Part shown: positions 34,261-48,049 of the stretch, in pieces | How the letters are laid out: each line of letters starts with the position of its first letter | Position numbering within the stretch: the stretch's first letter is position 1 | Assembly (NCBI RefSeq): GCF_032191835.1 | Contig: NC_083229.1 | Coordinates: 107,074,001 to 107,138,000 of the forward strand | Reading direction: 5' to 3' | DNA: 64,000 nucleotides | From: Heteronotia binoei | Taxonomy: Eukaryota | Made by a program: the position numbers and the translations under genes | Notes under the pieces: model-generated | What the model was told of the DNA's origin: nothing | The model's database searches: none | What the model saw: the letters and a program-made list of their open reading frames with translations, nothing else

Positions 34261-34944
34261 GGACCATCCATATGGAACATTCTACATGTTTTTCCCCCTC
34301 TGTCTCCTGGTGCCTGCCATTTCCCCCTTGTGTCACTGGAAGGCTTTTTGCTGACTTGAAAAAAATATATAGTCGGTATATATCTGTCATGTTATAATAC
34401 TGAAGCGTGGTAGTAAGGACTAATTTTTTAAAATGGCCCCGAAGAGTGGCAGAGCTAGAGAAAATGGCAGGCATCATCAGGGAATAGGGAGGGAAAGTTT
34501 GGAAATCCATGCCTTTCCACCCACATGGACAAGCCTGCTTTGATTTCATTCTTTCTGGAAAGGCTGGGCCAAAGCCAGTTTGGGAAATACTGGGGAAACC
34601 ACAGAAGGAGACTGGAAGGATGACGTGGTGTGGATACAAACCCCTACCGGTTTGACAGCCAGGGTGAAGGAAAGCAGTCATGCAGAAGTAATCCTAGATT
34701 GCCTTCCACCCATTGGGAAGAATTGTCTTCTACTCATTGGGAACAACACGGTGGCATGTATGGTTTTCCTACACATTGGCAGAACCTGCTTGCGGGACTG
34801 GCTGTACGGCTAGACCGCTGTCGTAGAACAGATGGGAAGCAGTGCTTTTGCTGCTGCAGTACAGAAGGTGGCTCTCAGTATGTTTAAGTTATTCTGAAAT
34901 GACAATGGGCAGGAAATGAGGGGAAACCAAGTATGGAATCCAAG

Positions 34945-35219
34945 AAGAAGATATTGGATTTATAGCCCACCCTCCACTCCAAAGAGTCTCAGAGTGGCTC
35001 TCAATCTCCTTTACCTTCCTCCCCCAACAACGGGCACCCTGTGAGGTGGGTGGGGCTGGAGAGGGCTCTCATAGCAGCTGCCCTTTCAAGGGCAAGCTTT
35101 GCCAGAGCTATGGCTGACCCAAGGCCATTCCAGCAGGTGCAAGTGGAGGAGTGGGGAATCAAACCCGGTTCTTCCAGATAAGAGTCCGCACACTTAACCA
35201 CTACACCAAACTGGCTCTC
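34945..35219 (-). mobile_element. Squam3-like SINE
   Basis: Direct-orientation twin of 33982-34260. Confidence 0.85.
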
Positions 35220-35579
35220 AAGCAAGGAGGAGTAGGGCAATCCGGCCCCAAATACTAAAATAGCAAAGGCTGCCAGTGCGAATGTTCACCCTGAAAGTGA
35301 GCCAAAGACCCAGCAAAGAAAAAAAAGGGCATGGTGGAATTAAACGCAAGGGACGCTGGAATTGGAAAGGAGATTCCATCATCTTGACTGCACCCAGGAA
35401 TGGATTGGAAGGGGGGGGGGGGGAGGTTACTACAGCCTGTCTGGATGTGCATTTAAGAAAGGAAGGGATACTTAAGAGAAAAACACAACTTTTAGGGAAA
35501 TCATTTCGCTGGGAACAAGCACCTATTTTCTTACACGGAAATCTATTCCAACTTGATGGGCTTTCCGGAAACCTCTGAT

Positions 35580-36240
35580 AAGCTTTTGTGCGAAGCGAGA
35601 AAAAGATGGACCTTTGCCACTGCATCCGAGGCCACCCACAACAGGCAGCGAAGCCCAAGCCGTGCCTTCTCAACCCACCGCACTCAGAGGAGGAAAACGC
35701 AGCGGAGGCGGAGCCAAAAGCAGGCCTCGCGGGGAAGGCGAAGCAATGGCTGGAGGTGGAGGGGTGCGGCTGCGGCGCCTCTTCTTGCAGCTTCCCCAGG
35801 CCGCCCAGTGCGCTGCGCTCAGGCCAAGCAGAGGTGCTGTTCTGTACAGGTAAGTGCCTATTCGGACAGCCGGTTCCAACAGGTTCCTAGAAGGGAGCGA
35901 GTGGTCGACGCAAGCATGCGCACGCGTGGTTGGTAGACTTGGATAAACCGGGGGGGGGTGCATTAGACTGTGCAGCAGGGGATTCGGGTTGGGATTCAGG
36001 AGGCGTTGGTCGGGCTCGGGGCGTTGTTTGGGCTACTTGTCTGAAAGGCTCAGGGAAAGGTGGGGGGTCTTTCTCGATTTGGAGGAACAGCGCAGGGGTC
36101 GATTGGAGCAAAGCTCCAGGCAGGGCCAAAGGTGTGGGTTTTCATTGGCAGCACCTGTGAAGTTGGCCATTTTCATTCGCAGACCGACGCAGCAACGCCC
36201 CTAAGGCTTTTGAACGTCTGCCCGTGCAGTAGGAAGGTTG
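35580..36240 (+). promoter_or_regulatory. BPHL CpG island / promoter
   Basis: CpG-rich around coding exon 1; NRF1-like TGCGCACGCGTG at 35917-35928. Confidence 0.7.
35746..35849 (+). CDS. BPHL: BPHL exon 1 (mitochondrial leader MAGGGGVRLRRLFLQL...)
   Basis: GCAATGG start; donor ACAG|GTAAGT, phase 2, joins exon 2 in frame. Confidence 0.8.
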
Positions 36241-36738
36241 CCAACCTCCACGTGAGGTCTGAAGATCTCCAACCTAGAAAGATCAATTCCCTTAGAGAAA
36301 ATGGCTAGACTCTACATCTTTATACTCTACTAAGGTACCTCTTTGCCCTCTTCAGGCTCCACTCCCAAGTCTCCAGGGATTTCCCAAGTGGGGTTGGCAA
36401 CAGTATGCTATAAGAGAGCCAGCTCCCCTTCTCCTTCTCCGAAATGGAGCTAAGCATAAGATGCTTCTTTGCATGTTCAGCACCCCGAACAAATCCTTTG
36501 TTTCAAAGAAATACACCATAGAACATGGGAAAAGCAAAGCAAAATCCTGAACACACACCTTTACACGCTCCCTTCCTATACATCTGTTCTGGCCACCAGA
36601 ATGGAGTTCTGGGTCTTCTTGTAAAACACCAGGCAGGTTGCAAAGCCACTGGCAGTCCTTTGGCATAAAAAAATAAGCAGAAACCACCAGGTGATCTTAT
36701 TACTTTTGTAAATGATAAAGGCAGAGATCCTGCTATAC

Positions 36739-37011
36739 GCCAAACTTGCTTAATGCAAAAGCCACATAGAATAAATGTCAGATGTTTAAGAGCCGCAAGA
36801 CATGAACATTAGATATTTGAGAGCCGGAAGGAAGATGGGGAGGGAGAGGTGAAAAGAAAGCAACTTTAAATGCATTCTCCAAACCACTAGTGATTTAGAG
36901 AAAGAAATGCATTCTTCAAGCCAGCCAATGGGACAGTAGGGGCGTCAAGAGTTGCACAATATATGTGAAAGAGCCACATGTGGCTCCCGAGCCACAGTTT
37001 GGCCACCCCTG
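36739..37011. mobile_element. hAT MITE (CAGGGGTGGCCAAAC family), left end eroded
   Basis: Homologous to 4553-4857; CTATAC flanks both ends. Confidence 0.72.
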
Positions 37012-39351
37012 CTATACACGCTCACCTGGTAGCCAGTCTTACCAAAATCAATGGGTTTTAGTCTTTAGTAAAAGCATAAAGGATTGTTAGTCTTTAAAAA
37101 TATGTACTCTAATTTGTACACTACTCTGGCTCAGTGTTGTTGGACAAGGGTCTTGGGAGACCAGAGTTCAAGTTTAACAATGCAGTAAGGTTTATTGGAT
37201 AGCGTTGGGCCAATTATGCTCAGCTTAGTCTGCCTTACAGGGTTGCTGTGATGATAAAATAGGTCAGAGGGGGCCAGGAGCCTGAGTTCCTTGGAAGAAG
37301 GGAGAGAGGGATAAAAACGAGATAGAAAAAAAGGCTATTCACGAATCTCTGTTTGTTTTGCAATAATTTTACTTTTTTAAAGGCAATGTTTAAAGGAAAG
37401 TGTGTTGCCTGGAAAATTCTAACCTGTCAAGGGGTGCAAAAGGCAGCTATGCAAATCTCCAAAATAAATTCTATCTCACCATGTAGTATTTACATAAATT
37501 AATGTACACAAACTGGTTGTATGCTTAGCAGCACCGGCGCATACTTTATTTCCCCCTCTCCAACAAACCATTGTAAGCATTTACAAATGATGTACCCCAC
37601 AGCAGTGAAATGAAACCTGTTGATTTTTCCAGACCCGTGTCAGATCAGCAGATAAACAATGATTAACCCTAATGATTAACTCTGGCTAGTTATTAACAGG
37701 CAGTTAACCAATTGAAAAATTTGGAGGGGGGTGAGAAATGAGAGTATGGTGATATTTACATTACAAACTAAGCAAAAGATTACATGATCTTTTTCTTCTT
37801 TGCTAACCCCCAGATACTGTATGTTGAATTTTGTACAGTTATAATTAATTAGCAATCTGGGCATAAGGGTAAGCCATGCTAGAGAAAGGAACACGGCTTC
37901 TGTCTTCAGCGTAGCACAGACCTGTTCCATCACCTAAAGCAGGGTGGAAGGAATATGAATCAGTTCTGGATTCAGAACTGGGTCTGTCTGTCGGTACAGG
38001 AGGAAAGACAAGAAGCTGAGTTTCTAGTAAACTAGCCCTGTCCTGTTTCTATATATAGTCTTGCACATAAGCAGCGAGTAAATCATCCTCTTGATTCTGT
38101 ATAATCATTCCTAACAGTGGGATTTCCCCCTTAACTGTGGCTATAAGCCTGAGGCTTTTTTTCCCATCAAGATCTGAAGCTGGTTTCAAATCCCGGTTAA
38201 GGCCTGACTGTAAGGTCACAGTGGCCTGTAGGGGAAGGATTACTTTTTTCAAAGATTTGAGAGGAGAGATAATACCTATCAGTGGAAAACTAGTGTGGAA
38301 TGTAAAAAGCTAGGTTAGAAGCTTTCTCCTACTTTTCTTTTAAATTAATTTGCAGGGAGTTTTTGAATGCAGAAGCTGTGGGTGCATTCACACATACTAA
38401 ATAACACATTTTGCAACTGGATTTTTACTGTGTAAGAACAGCAAAATCCACCTGCCGTGTGAAAGCACCTTTTGACTGTACACCTGCCGTCTGAAGTGGT
38501 ATAGCCTCCTTACAGTTCTACTACCCCTTTTGGCTGCATGTGTAGATTAGGCCTTGTTTTGATAACAGATCAGTTCAGTGGATGCTGTTACAATAATACT
38601 TACAAAGGTGACCCCCATGAATTTCCACTTCATGAGGCTGTCAAAGCAAGAGACAACTGCATAGCAGCCCAGTTGTCCTCGTTGGTTTCACCATCCAAGA
38701 ACCAGCCTTGCTTAGCTGCCAACTGACAAAATCAGGCTAGTCTAAAGTATTAAGGCTGTTATGTATAATTGTGCTTAATCATGGCTAAACTGATAGCGAG
38801 AGGGAATTAGCACTGGTGTTTGTGTTTGTGAACATGTGGCAGGCAAGGCAAGCCAGCTGCCTGTTTTCAGTCTCTCATCTGCGCTTAAGCTATTAGATCT
38901 GCACCAGCCCCTCATCTCAACAGCTGAGATTTCCAGTAGACTGGTGTGACCAAATACTCTGCTTTTTCTAACCGCAAACCTTCAGAATGATGAGCTCTTA
39001 ATCTCCAAAGCCATTTGAACTTCCCTTCTCAGTTCTTTTTAACAGCAATAGTTGACTTGAGGCCTAACCTATAAAATGTACACAAAATGGAGGAGTGTAG
39101 AGCTTGGCCTGTTGTTTCTGCTGGAACAGTTCCTGGTGCTACATTTTAAGGTGAAAGATTGACTTGTCCCTTTCGCTGGAGTACCTGCTGAGCTCAAGAT
39201 GTGCGTACAATACTTTCACTTAACTTTGGAGAGCAGCCAGCCAATACCTACCACTAATAACTGTATGTGTTGCAATAAAATGCAATATTAAATACATGTT
39301 GTAATAAAGTACAATATTAAATTTACCTTGGTGGGGGAATGTTTCTTCTAG

Positions 39352-39455
39352 CACTGCAGTGACCTCAGGAAAAATGGAAGTAAATGGCATCCACCTGCAC
39401 TATCAGCGGACAGGAGATGGAAATCATGCTGTTCTGCTACTTCCTGGAATGTTAG
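39352..39455 (+). CDS. BPHL: BPHL exon 2 (VNGIHLHYQRTGDGNHAVLLLPGMLG)
   Basis: 104 bp, phase 2-1. Confidence 0.94.
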
Positions 39456-41224
39456 GTTTGGACCTTTTGAATTTTGTACAGCTTCTCAGTGACCTCCCTC
39501 CCTCCCTCAACAGGACTTATTCATACAATTCTCAGTCATTTCTGGTTTGCAAGGGGAACCTCCTAGATTCAAGGGTTTCTCCTCACTGGCAGCATACATA
39601 GTTGGTGTCACAATGATGTCCCTTCTGGCACAACCTCATCCCGCCCCATTCCCCCCCCCCTCCCGCCATCCTGCTGAACTTAGTCAAGAACTGCCAATGG
39701 GGCGTGAGAGATCTTCTGCCACAGGGGGAGACCTGGCATCACTCACACCTCCATATTCAGATCTAGGAGGTAACATCTGGAAAGGAAAGGATGAAACATC
39801 TGGATTGTTTGGCTGTCCACAGCGACTGGTTGGCTACTGTGGAAAACAGGATGCTGGTTTAGATGGACTATTGGTCTGATTCAGCAGGGGTCTTCTGTTC
39901 TTAATTCTCCACATTTATTGCTGAATTATTTAAAATGTTGTTTCTTTTGAAATGAAGCTATGTTGAAAGAGGCATTTCATCTTGGGGTGGACAGAAGCAC
40001 TCAATTTGTTCTACTGCTGTCCATTTTTTAGGTTTTAGAAACAATTTTGTTAAAAAAAATCTTAAATCATGTTCACCAGAGGTAAAACTGAGATGATGAG
40101 ACCACCGAAAACACCATCCTGTGTACAGCTTTCTGAAAAACTGTTGTCTGTATCCTTTCACAGTGCCAGCAATGTAAATATACTGCTCTGCTTATTACGT
40201 GGCCTATTTTACAGACACACATTGATTTCACACAGTGTGACAGATAGCATTTTGCTGCTTTGGAAGACATTTAATGAGGACATCACCCTATCTTTGCTCA
40301 TTAAAGTACTAGACATGAAGATTCACCTTCTCATTCAGCATATAGCACAGAATTCAATTTACAGGATCAGTCAACAGTAGCCTGCATTTGCGGTGTTAAT
40401 TCCTACTGCCGCAATATGAATTTTGATTCTTTTTTGCATTTGTGTCTCACACTATTTACTTATTACATTTGGATTCCACTCTTCTTTCAAGAAGCTCAGG
40501 ATTGTGTTTTCCTCACAACATTCCTGTGAAGTAGATTGAGAGATAATAATTTCTCTACGCCTGCCCCCTCTCCATAAGCTTCATGTGTGGATGGAGATTT
40601 GAACCCATGTTACTGGTTTGGCAATCTAGCCACTACATTGCACACTTCTCTAGCACATTAAAAGTGATGATATATATGGAGGTTCTGTATGGTATGAGCC
40701 CTAATTTTCATACTAGTTGCAGTGACTTTTGAAATGGCGTTGGATATGTCGTAACCAGGTCAAATTAATGTTCTTGAGCATGAATGGAGAGCTCTGTCAT
40801 GTTTATAATTTTCACCTCTCTTCTGGTGGATACTAGACTAACTTCACAAACAAATACACAAAAGGTAGAGATTAAAGATACCTTCCGTCATGTAATTCAG
40901 TCCTCTTTAGATGTACATTTGTGTGCATGATAGAGATGTACAAATTGTGGAAATTCTGAAGCCCTTTCTGGAAAAACAGAAATATGTCTCGATTTGATAA
41001 GAAAGGAAGTATTGCACATATTTAAGTTCTTAATGGTATTCCCCCCACCGGGAAATCTCTCTCCCCCCCCCATGATTTCAAAATTTCTAGAAATTGTAAA
41101 ATCTATATCTGATGCCAAAGTTGTTCAGCACTAATGATATTGTTTAAATCAATCTACATTTCTCCTTAAATCAGTGAATGAATGAATTTTCTGTTACTGA
41201 AATTTCATGGTACTGCCTTCAGTA

Positions 41225-41514
41225 GATAATAACAAAATAAAATATTAGTTTTTCTTCACCCAAAGGGTGATTAACATGTGGAATTCACTGCCACAGGAGG
41301 TGGTGGCGGCCACAAGCATAGCCACCTTCAAGAGGGGTTTAGATAAAAATATGGAGCAGAGGTCCATCAGTGGCTATTAGCCACAGTGTGTGTGTGTGTA
41401 TATCTCTATCTATCTATCTATCTATCTATATAAATTTTTTTTGCCACTGTGTGACACAGAGTGTTGGACTGGATGCGCCATTGGCCTGATCTAACATGGC
41501 TTCTCTTATGTTCT
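41225..41514 (+). mobile_element. CR1 LINE 3' end with internal (GT)n/(TATC)n microsatellite
   Basis: TGGAATTCACTGCCACAGGAGGTGGTG...GGTTTAGATAAA; tail GGCTTCTCTTATGTTCTT. Confidence 0.8.
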
Positions 41515-42185
41515 TCAGTTCTGTACTTTTTAAAACAGCTTTTTCAAAACAGGGTAGTAAATTGTCATTGCAACTGTTGTATGGCCTGTTTTCTATTCGT
41601 TAAATATCTCTAGTGAATAATTAGAAACACTATCTTCACAAGTGACCCATTTTGTGGTATCAAGTATTTTCAACATAATACTCTAAGAAAGAAAAAAAGC
41701 ACCCCAAAGATCAAGTTATATATATTTTTAAAAAGAAGTTATTCATTAGGTAGCTATGCACCTGCTTAGCAAGCCATTTCAGATTTCGGTGGGGTACATT
41801 TTACATTAACATGAAATCACTTTCAGAGAGAGTAGTATAATAATGGGTTTTAAGAAACCTGACCTTTTCATTATGTTATATAAAAGACCTTTTAAGGAAT
41901 GCTTTTGTGACCAAGCAAGTTAGAATTACTGTGGTGTGTGAGAGAACTTTTCCCTGATCAAAGGTACTTGCATAGTATTAATTACCCATGGTGTACCAGT
42001 GCACTCTAAGGGGGTATCTCTGAGAGTGGCCCATGGGCATACTATTGTGTCAGGGCCAGAACTCCTTCAGTTGAGAAGATACTTAAGTATGGGTATTTGT
42101 AAGATAGCATTTTAGTCTTAAAGTGTACATAAGTATTGGGTCTTATGCAGCTCTCTCTCTCTCTCTCTATACATACACACATTAG

Positions 42186-42352
42186 GAAGTGGCCAGACTG
42201 ATTTTGGACCCCAGTTGAAGTCTATGAACAAACGGCTCTTCACAGTTGTAGCCTGGGATCCTCGGGGATATGGAAAATCTATCCCCCCAGTTCGAGATTT
42301 TCCTCCTGATTTTTTTGAAAGAGATGCAAAAGATGCTGTTGAGTTGATGCAG
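42186..42352 (+). CDS. BPHL: BPHL exon 3 (GSGQTDFGPQL...WDPRGYGKS.PP.RDFP)
   Basis: 167 bp, phase 1-0. Confidence 0.95.
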
Positions 42353-43303
42353 GTAAATTTCTTCTGCAATAAAGAATTGACCATCTGGAATAGGCTTCTG
42401 AAAACTGGCTGTCTTCTTCCTGCATTTGGAGGGGATAGATGGTAGGGTAAGAAAATATGAGACCAGGTACCCCTTAAAAACCAACAATTTTCCATGATAT
42501 AAGCTTTCATAAGTCAGAAGATGAAATGAACTTTGACTAATGAAAGTTTACGTCCTGGGAAATTTTGTTGATCTGTAAGGTGCCACTGAAGTCCAGTTTT
42601 GATCAACTATTACAGACTACCCACCTGAAACTATCTTAATGGTAAGTTTGGTGACCAAAAGGAGCCCCAACTGTACTTTTTGATCTTTTAAGTTGCCCTC
42701 CCACTCTTCCTGTGCACATGAGTCCATTGTCATGTGTAGTTTGAATTTACTGTTTTGACACCTGAGGAACCCAGCCAATAACCCTTTCTGTATTTTTAGC
42801 TTAAAACCCAAGTGGCAGTATTCAGCTCATCCCCACTCTACACATATTTCTTAGCCAACACAAAGGTTTGCAGATGGGATCCCCATAATATCTTCTAGTA
42901 CCTTTCTTCTTGCCCTGACTCCTACCATCATGCATTACCATTACCTGGGGCTGGAGGCCTTTCAGTACCTTCCACACAAGCACTCACTCACTCAGCAGGC
43001 TGTCTGTTCCCCAGGGCTACCCAAATTTAAATTAAGCAAAAATAATCACAAGAGCCAAAATTAATCACAAGTGATAGCCCAAGGGGATCTTGTGGCTATG
43101 TTATTTTCACAATTTTTCTTCATACTGAGTATGATCTTGTCTTCAGTCCTGGCAAACTCGGTGGGCAGAACATAGCCAAACTTCAGCACTTTTAAGCCCC
43201 TTTGATTTGATGTTGCTCCTGAAGAAATATCTGCCTTGAGGCAAAATCATTCAGTGGTTCCACCTGGCTGATTTTTCCATTCTGTTTTGCTGTACTAACT
43301 AAG

Positions 43304-43457
43304 GCACTGAAGTTTCAGAAGTTCTCTCTGTTAGGATGGAGTGATGGTGGAATAACAGCACTTATCGCTGCAGCAAAGTATCCTCATCTTATCCACAAGA
43401 TGGTGGTTTGGGGAGCCAATGCCACGGTTACAGCAGAGGATGCGAAACTTTACAATG
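43304..43457 (+). CDS. BPHL: BPHL exon 4 (nucleophile motif GWSDGG)
   Basis: 154 bp, phase 0-1; not in the ORF track. Confidence 0.95.
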
Positions 43458-43820
43458 GTAAGTATCAAAAGAATGAAGGCGGTACATAGCAAAACTCAGA
43501 TCTTGAGTCTTTTTTTTCTAAATAATCAGCAGCGTTTCAGAAATTTAAATAATATGAACTAGAATAAGTCAGGTTTTTCATACACATTGGAAAAAGTTTT
43601 ACTCAGCTGAGTTCCTTAATATGCAAATATACTGCAGGAAAGAGTACTCTGCTGTATTTACAATCTAATGTTCCAGCATAAGCCAACTCATATTCATTAC
43701 ATTATTTAAACTTACCTACAAAATGTGGAGTGCTTCTTTGATGATATAACAATGTTCAGGTGTGCATTTCACAAATACACTGGGGAAGACATTAATGCAT
43801 AGATTCTATTAATATACTAG

Positions 43821-43952
43821 GTATCCGAGATGTTTCCAAATGGAGTGAAAAAGTCAGAAAGCCTTTGGAAGAAATGTATGGATTTGAATATTTTTCAAAA
43901 ACCTGTGAAGCCTGGGTGGATGGAATCTCTCAATTTATGCACAACCCAGATG
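43821..43952 (+). CDS. BPHL: BPHL exon 5 (GIRDVSKWSEKVRKPLEEMYG)
   Basis: 132 bp, phase 1-1. Confidence 0.94.
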
Positions 43953-45236
43953 GTAAGAAATCTCACAGCATAAATTGGAGTAGTAGTTGATGGGATTTAG
44001 CCTGTGCTTATGCAAAATGTGGGCTGCATTTCATTTCATTTCTAATTTATTTTTTAAAAAATCTTATATTTTATTCTTATGAAATTGTCATTTTAAATAA
44101 AGTAGAGATGAAAGGGCAACCAGATACAACAAATGAGGTGCAATGTAACCGAGCACATGGGGATAGTTTAAAAAAACAAAGATATAAGTAAAAATAACAA
44201 AAACCCCTTTAACTACTGTAAATATACATTTCTCTCCCCTCCATAATGCTCCTTGTAAGGGGCCAGGCCTACCTGGCATAAGCACTCTGGGCTACCTGGT
44301 GTAATGTAAATTTAGTACCCAGCCGGGGCCTCCTAAACTGGTGGGTTCTCCTCACTGTTGTGACTATGTGTGCCCTTGGACTTGTGGAGAGGGATCCTGG
44401 TGTGGGAGGAAGTTGCTCATGACCCAAAGGCACACAAATATGATGCTTATGAGTAATTATAAGTGTACATGTGGAAAATGTCTTATATGATTTGGCCCTA
44501 ACCAGGTCAGTTATCGTGGAGTTATTGTAAATAGTTCAATGAAACTGTCAACTCACTGAAAAAGGCAAAATCTATCACAGGGATTATTAGGAAAGGAACT
44601 GAAAGTAAAATTGTTTTGCAATAGTTTTGCTCTGAGCTCGCCAGTCGAGAGTTTTGTTTTCTGAATGTGAATAATTGCACCCACTACATGAGATGAAACA
44701 TGCATTTAAAAAAAGTTTGGTCCTGAGACGTGACCATGAAAAGGCTGGGTAAGAACATGTGTATTATTGTGGATCAGATCAAAGGTCCATTTAGTATAGT
44801 TTTTTGCTTCCGACAGCTGGCCACATAGGTATCCCTGGCAAGCTCCTAAGCCAGTGCAATGTTGGTAGTTGCTCCCTTTGCAGCTGGTCACACTAGTAAG
44901 TTGACAGGATAGAGGAAGGAAGAGGTAGCAGAATGGAAGATGGTCTGTAAAAAGCTTTGCTGCTTTAGAAAGGATTTCAAGAAACACTCCAAAGGATTAC
45001 TTGTCCTGTGTGTTGCCTTTCATTACATATGTGAGGACCCTGCTGCATTTCACTGATCTTACAGCCAATTTCAGCAACTGATATTTTTGTTTTGCCGGAT
45101 GAGGCCAGCCTCCACATTATGTTGAGGATCAGCATTTGGTTTCCTCATGGGAGACCAGCCCTGGGTTTGATGCTGTGGGGAAATGGAGGTTTTTCCTGCT
45201 GTGCCACAGCAGTGTGGTGGATTTGTGTACCTCCAA

Positions 45237-45533
45237 GAGCCCCATGGTGCAGAGTGGTAAAACTGCAGTACTGCAGTTGGAGCCCTCTGCTCACAACCTG
45301 AGTTCAATTCCAGCGGAAGCTGGTTCAGGTAGCTGGCTCCAGGTTGACTCAGCCTTCCATCCTTCTGAGGTTGGTAAAATGAGTACCCAGCTTGCTTGGG
45401 GGAAAGTGTAGATGACTGGGGAAGGCAATGGCAAACCACCCCGTAAAAAGTCTACAGTGAAAATATTGTGAAAGCAATGTCACCCCACAGTCAAAAACGA
45501 CTGGTGCTTACACAGGGGACTACCTTTACCTTT
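45237..45533 (+). mobile_element. Sauria-type SINE
   Basis: Full head to (ACCTTT)n tail. Confidence 0.85.
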
Positions 45534-45725
45534 AAGGGCTTCACCGTTTTTTCTCCAGTCTCTCCCAAACTTGTTTCAATGTGAAGTTTTGGGGAAGAGT
45601 GCAGCAAAATCTGCGTGGCAGCTTTGTGGGTGGGGTAGTTCAGATTTTTCCTGTGCTGCCCACACAGCAGTGGTTTTCTTTGCTTCTATCCATATGACAG
45701 CCATTTCCTTCCCCTTCCAAAATTC

Positions 45726-45972
45726 AGAGCCAGTTTGGTGTAGTGGTTAAGAGCAGCAGACTCTAATCTAGAGAACCAGGTTTGATTCTCCACTCCTCCA
45801 ATTGCAGCCAGCTGGGTGACCTTAGGCCAGTCACAGTTATTTCAGAGCTTTTCCCTCAAAGCTCTCTCAGCCCCACCTACCTCACAGGGTGTCTGTTGTG
45901 GGGAGAGGAAGGGAGGGAGATTGCAAGCCACTCTGAGAGAAGGATGGGGTATAAATCCAACTACTCCTCTTC
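45726..45972 (+). mobile_element. Squam3-like SINE
   Basis: AGAGCCAGTTTGGTGTAGTGGTTAAG head. Confidence 0.82.
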
Positions 45973-48049
45973 CCTCTCCTTTACCCCCTTCTATTGTTAC
46001 AGTGACCCTTGTATCAGGTTCTCTAAATTCCCAGCTTTCACTTTTTTCAAAATTAAGTCTCTAGGCCAGCAGGACTTAGTGGCTTGGAAGCCATGTGTGG
46101 CTTTTTTGACCCGTTTCCTAATATGACACCTGTCCCATGTTCCAGAAAAGTGAGGCTGGTGGTTGACAGCTGATTCCTTTCTTAAAACAGTGGTTACTGG
46201 AAGACCTGGTAACTTGCAAGCTTCCATGAGGTGTAGGCTTCATGCCAGGGATGGAGGTAAATGTGGCCTTATTAATAAATGGTCATTGTAAATGTGGGTC
46301 TTAGCAAGCTGCAGAGTGAGTACTACTGCTCTAAGGAGGAAGGCATTTGTCCACAACAGAAGTAGCTAGAGCAGGGGTCCCGACCTGTTTCTGAGCCTTC
46401 AAGTACCATTTTGGAACACTTCAAAATGGCTGCCACAGGAGGCAGAAGTAAATGGAATACCTCCTGGAAAGTAGGAATGGCTGAAGGGGGAAATGGAACC
46501 ATACAGTGACTAAGGAAAGCCCAGGTGCCTACCAGTCCTTCTGACAACAATCCCTGCCCACCTGAAAAGTTCAGTGGGTGCCAGTGGAAGTACCAGCAGG
46601 TGTCATGGTGCCTAAGAGTACCACACTGGAGAACCCTGGCCTAAAGCCTATAGCATAGTAATCTCTCAGCTGTGTTTAGGAACCCAAATAGGAACCAAGC
46701 CATTAAAACTGCTCCTTTGGGAGTATATAGACCAACCAGGAACTAAAATTTTAAGAACTCTGAACCCTAAAATAATCTTAGGACTGTACAAACCCCATAC
46801 CTCTCTCCAACAGCTTGTTGAACAGTCTGGGAGGGAAGTGGCGTGTTGCCAAATTACATTAGGAGTGTTTCTGTTTTCCAGTTTACCGTTACCATCTTAA
46901 GTACAAATGAAGGTTGCCTACCTCTACTTCTCCAGTTCACAAGTCAATCATTGCCAGTTTTAGTTAAAAAGCAATCAAAACTCAGTGCTAGTTTCTGCCT
47001 TAGAAGAGCTTTCCAACCAAGGACATCCAAAGTGCCTTTTCAGTGGCAACTGTATTCCATTTGTCAAGGACAGGAAGGCTAACAGCACACTCCTAGAAGA
47101 AACCCATCCTTCTCAGCCCATGGATTTCACTGTGGATTGAGAAAGAGTGCAAGTCTGCTTAGGAATGCATGCTGCAGACATCACTAGCCATATTTTAATT
47201 TCTCAGCTTTCCTTGCTAAAAAAAAACAAACCCTGGGTTTGGAGCCCTCTGGAACCTGTTCAAACTTTAGTCTGCTGAGATTTTGAAGTATAGCATTACT
47301 ACAGTGTAAAACTTTTGGCAATGGCACAGTTTTTTAAAAAAACCAAAACTAGCCAAGTATGCATTTGTAATCCTTCTGTTTTCATATACTGTGTAGAAAT
47401 ATTCTTGAATCAGGTTTATCTTATGGCAGCATCCTGTTAATATCAGCTATGATTCTATTTTTGTCCTGGCTCCACTGGTGGATCTCCTGATGACACCTGG
47501 GTTTTTGGCCACTATGTGATAAGAGTGTTGGATTGGATGGAGCATTGGCCTGATCCAACATGGCTTCTCTTATGTTCTATATATTTAAATGTAGAGTGCA
47601 TCCTAAATGTAAAGGCTCATGGTTGGTAACAAAAGCATTCCCAACATAAAATTCCATCAAATTAAGGTTTCCAGAAGTATTAAATTGGGGGGTGTTGATA
47701 TTAGGTCTCGTTGCTTCTTTTTGCTGTCAATTCACAGCCCACTTACAGCAACCCTAAAGGGTTTTCACGGCAGGAGACATTCAGAGGTGGTTTTAATTGT
47801 CTGCCTCTGTGTAGCAACCCTGGTGTTCCTTCCATCCAAATACTGGCTGAGGCCAACCCTGCTTCATTTCCAAGATCTGCCAAGAGTGGACTATTTAGGT
47901 TAGGGCAGTTAGCCAAATACTTGCGCTGAATTCACAGGGTGTCTCCCCTCCCCCTCCAAAGCTGTGATTTTGGGAGTGGAAGGGAAATGCCATAGCTGAG
48001 ACTGAGCTACAATGACTCTTACCCAGGAAGTGGTCCCATTATGACGGAA

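Noticed and set aside
41225-47580. Inverted CR1-type tails (~41430 plus, ~44750 minus, ~47490 plus) as a circRNA driver for BPHL exons 3-5
   Set aside because: Complementary stretches are short and diverged, far weaker than the SINE pair in RIPK1.
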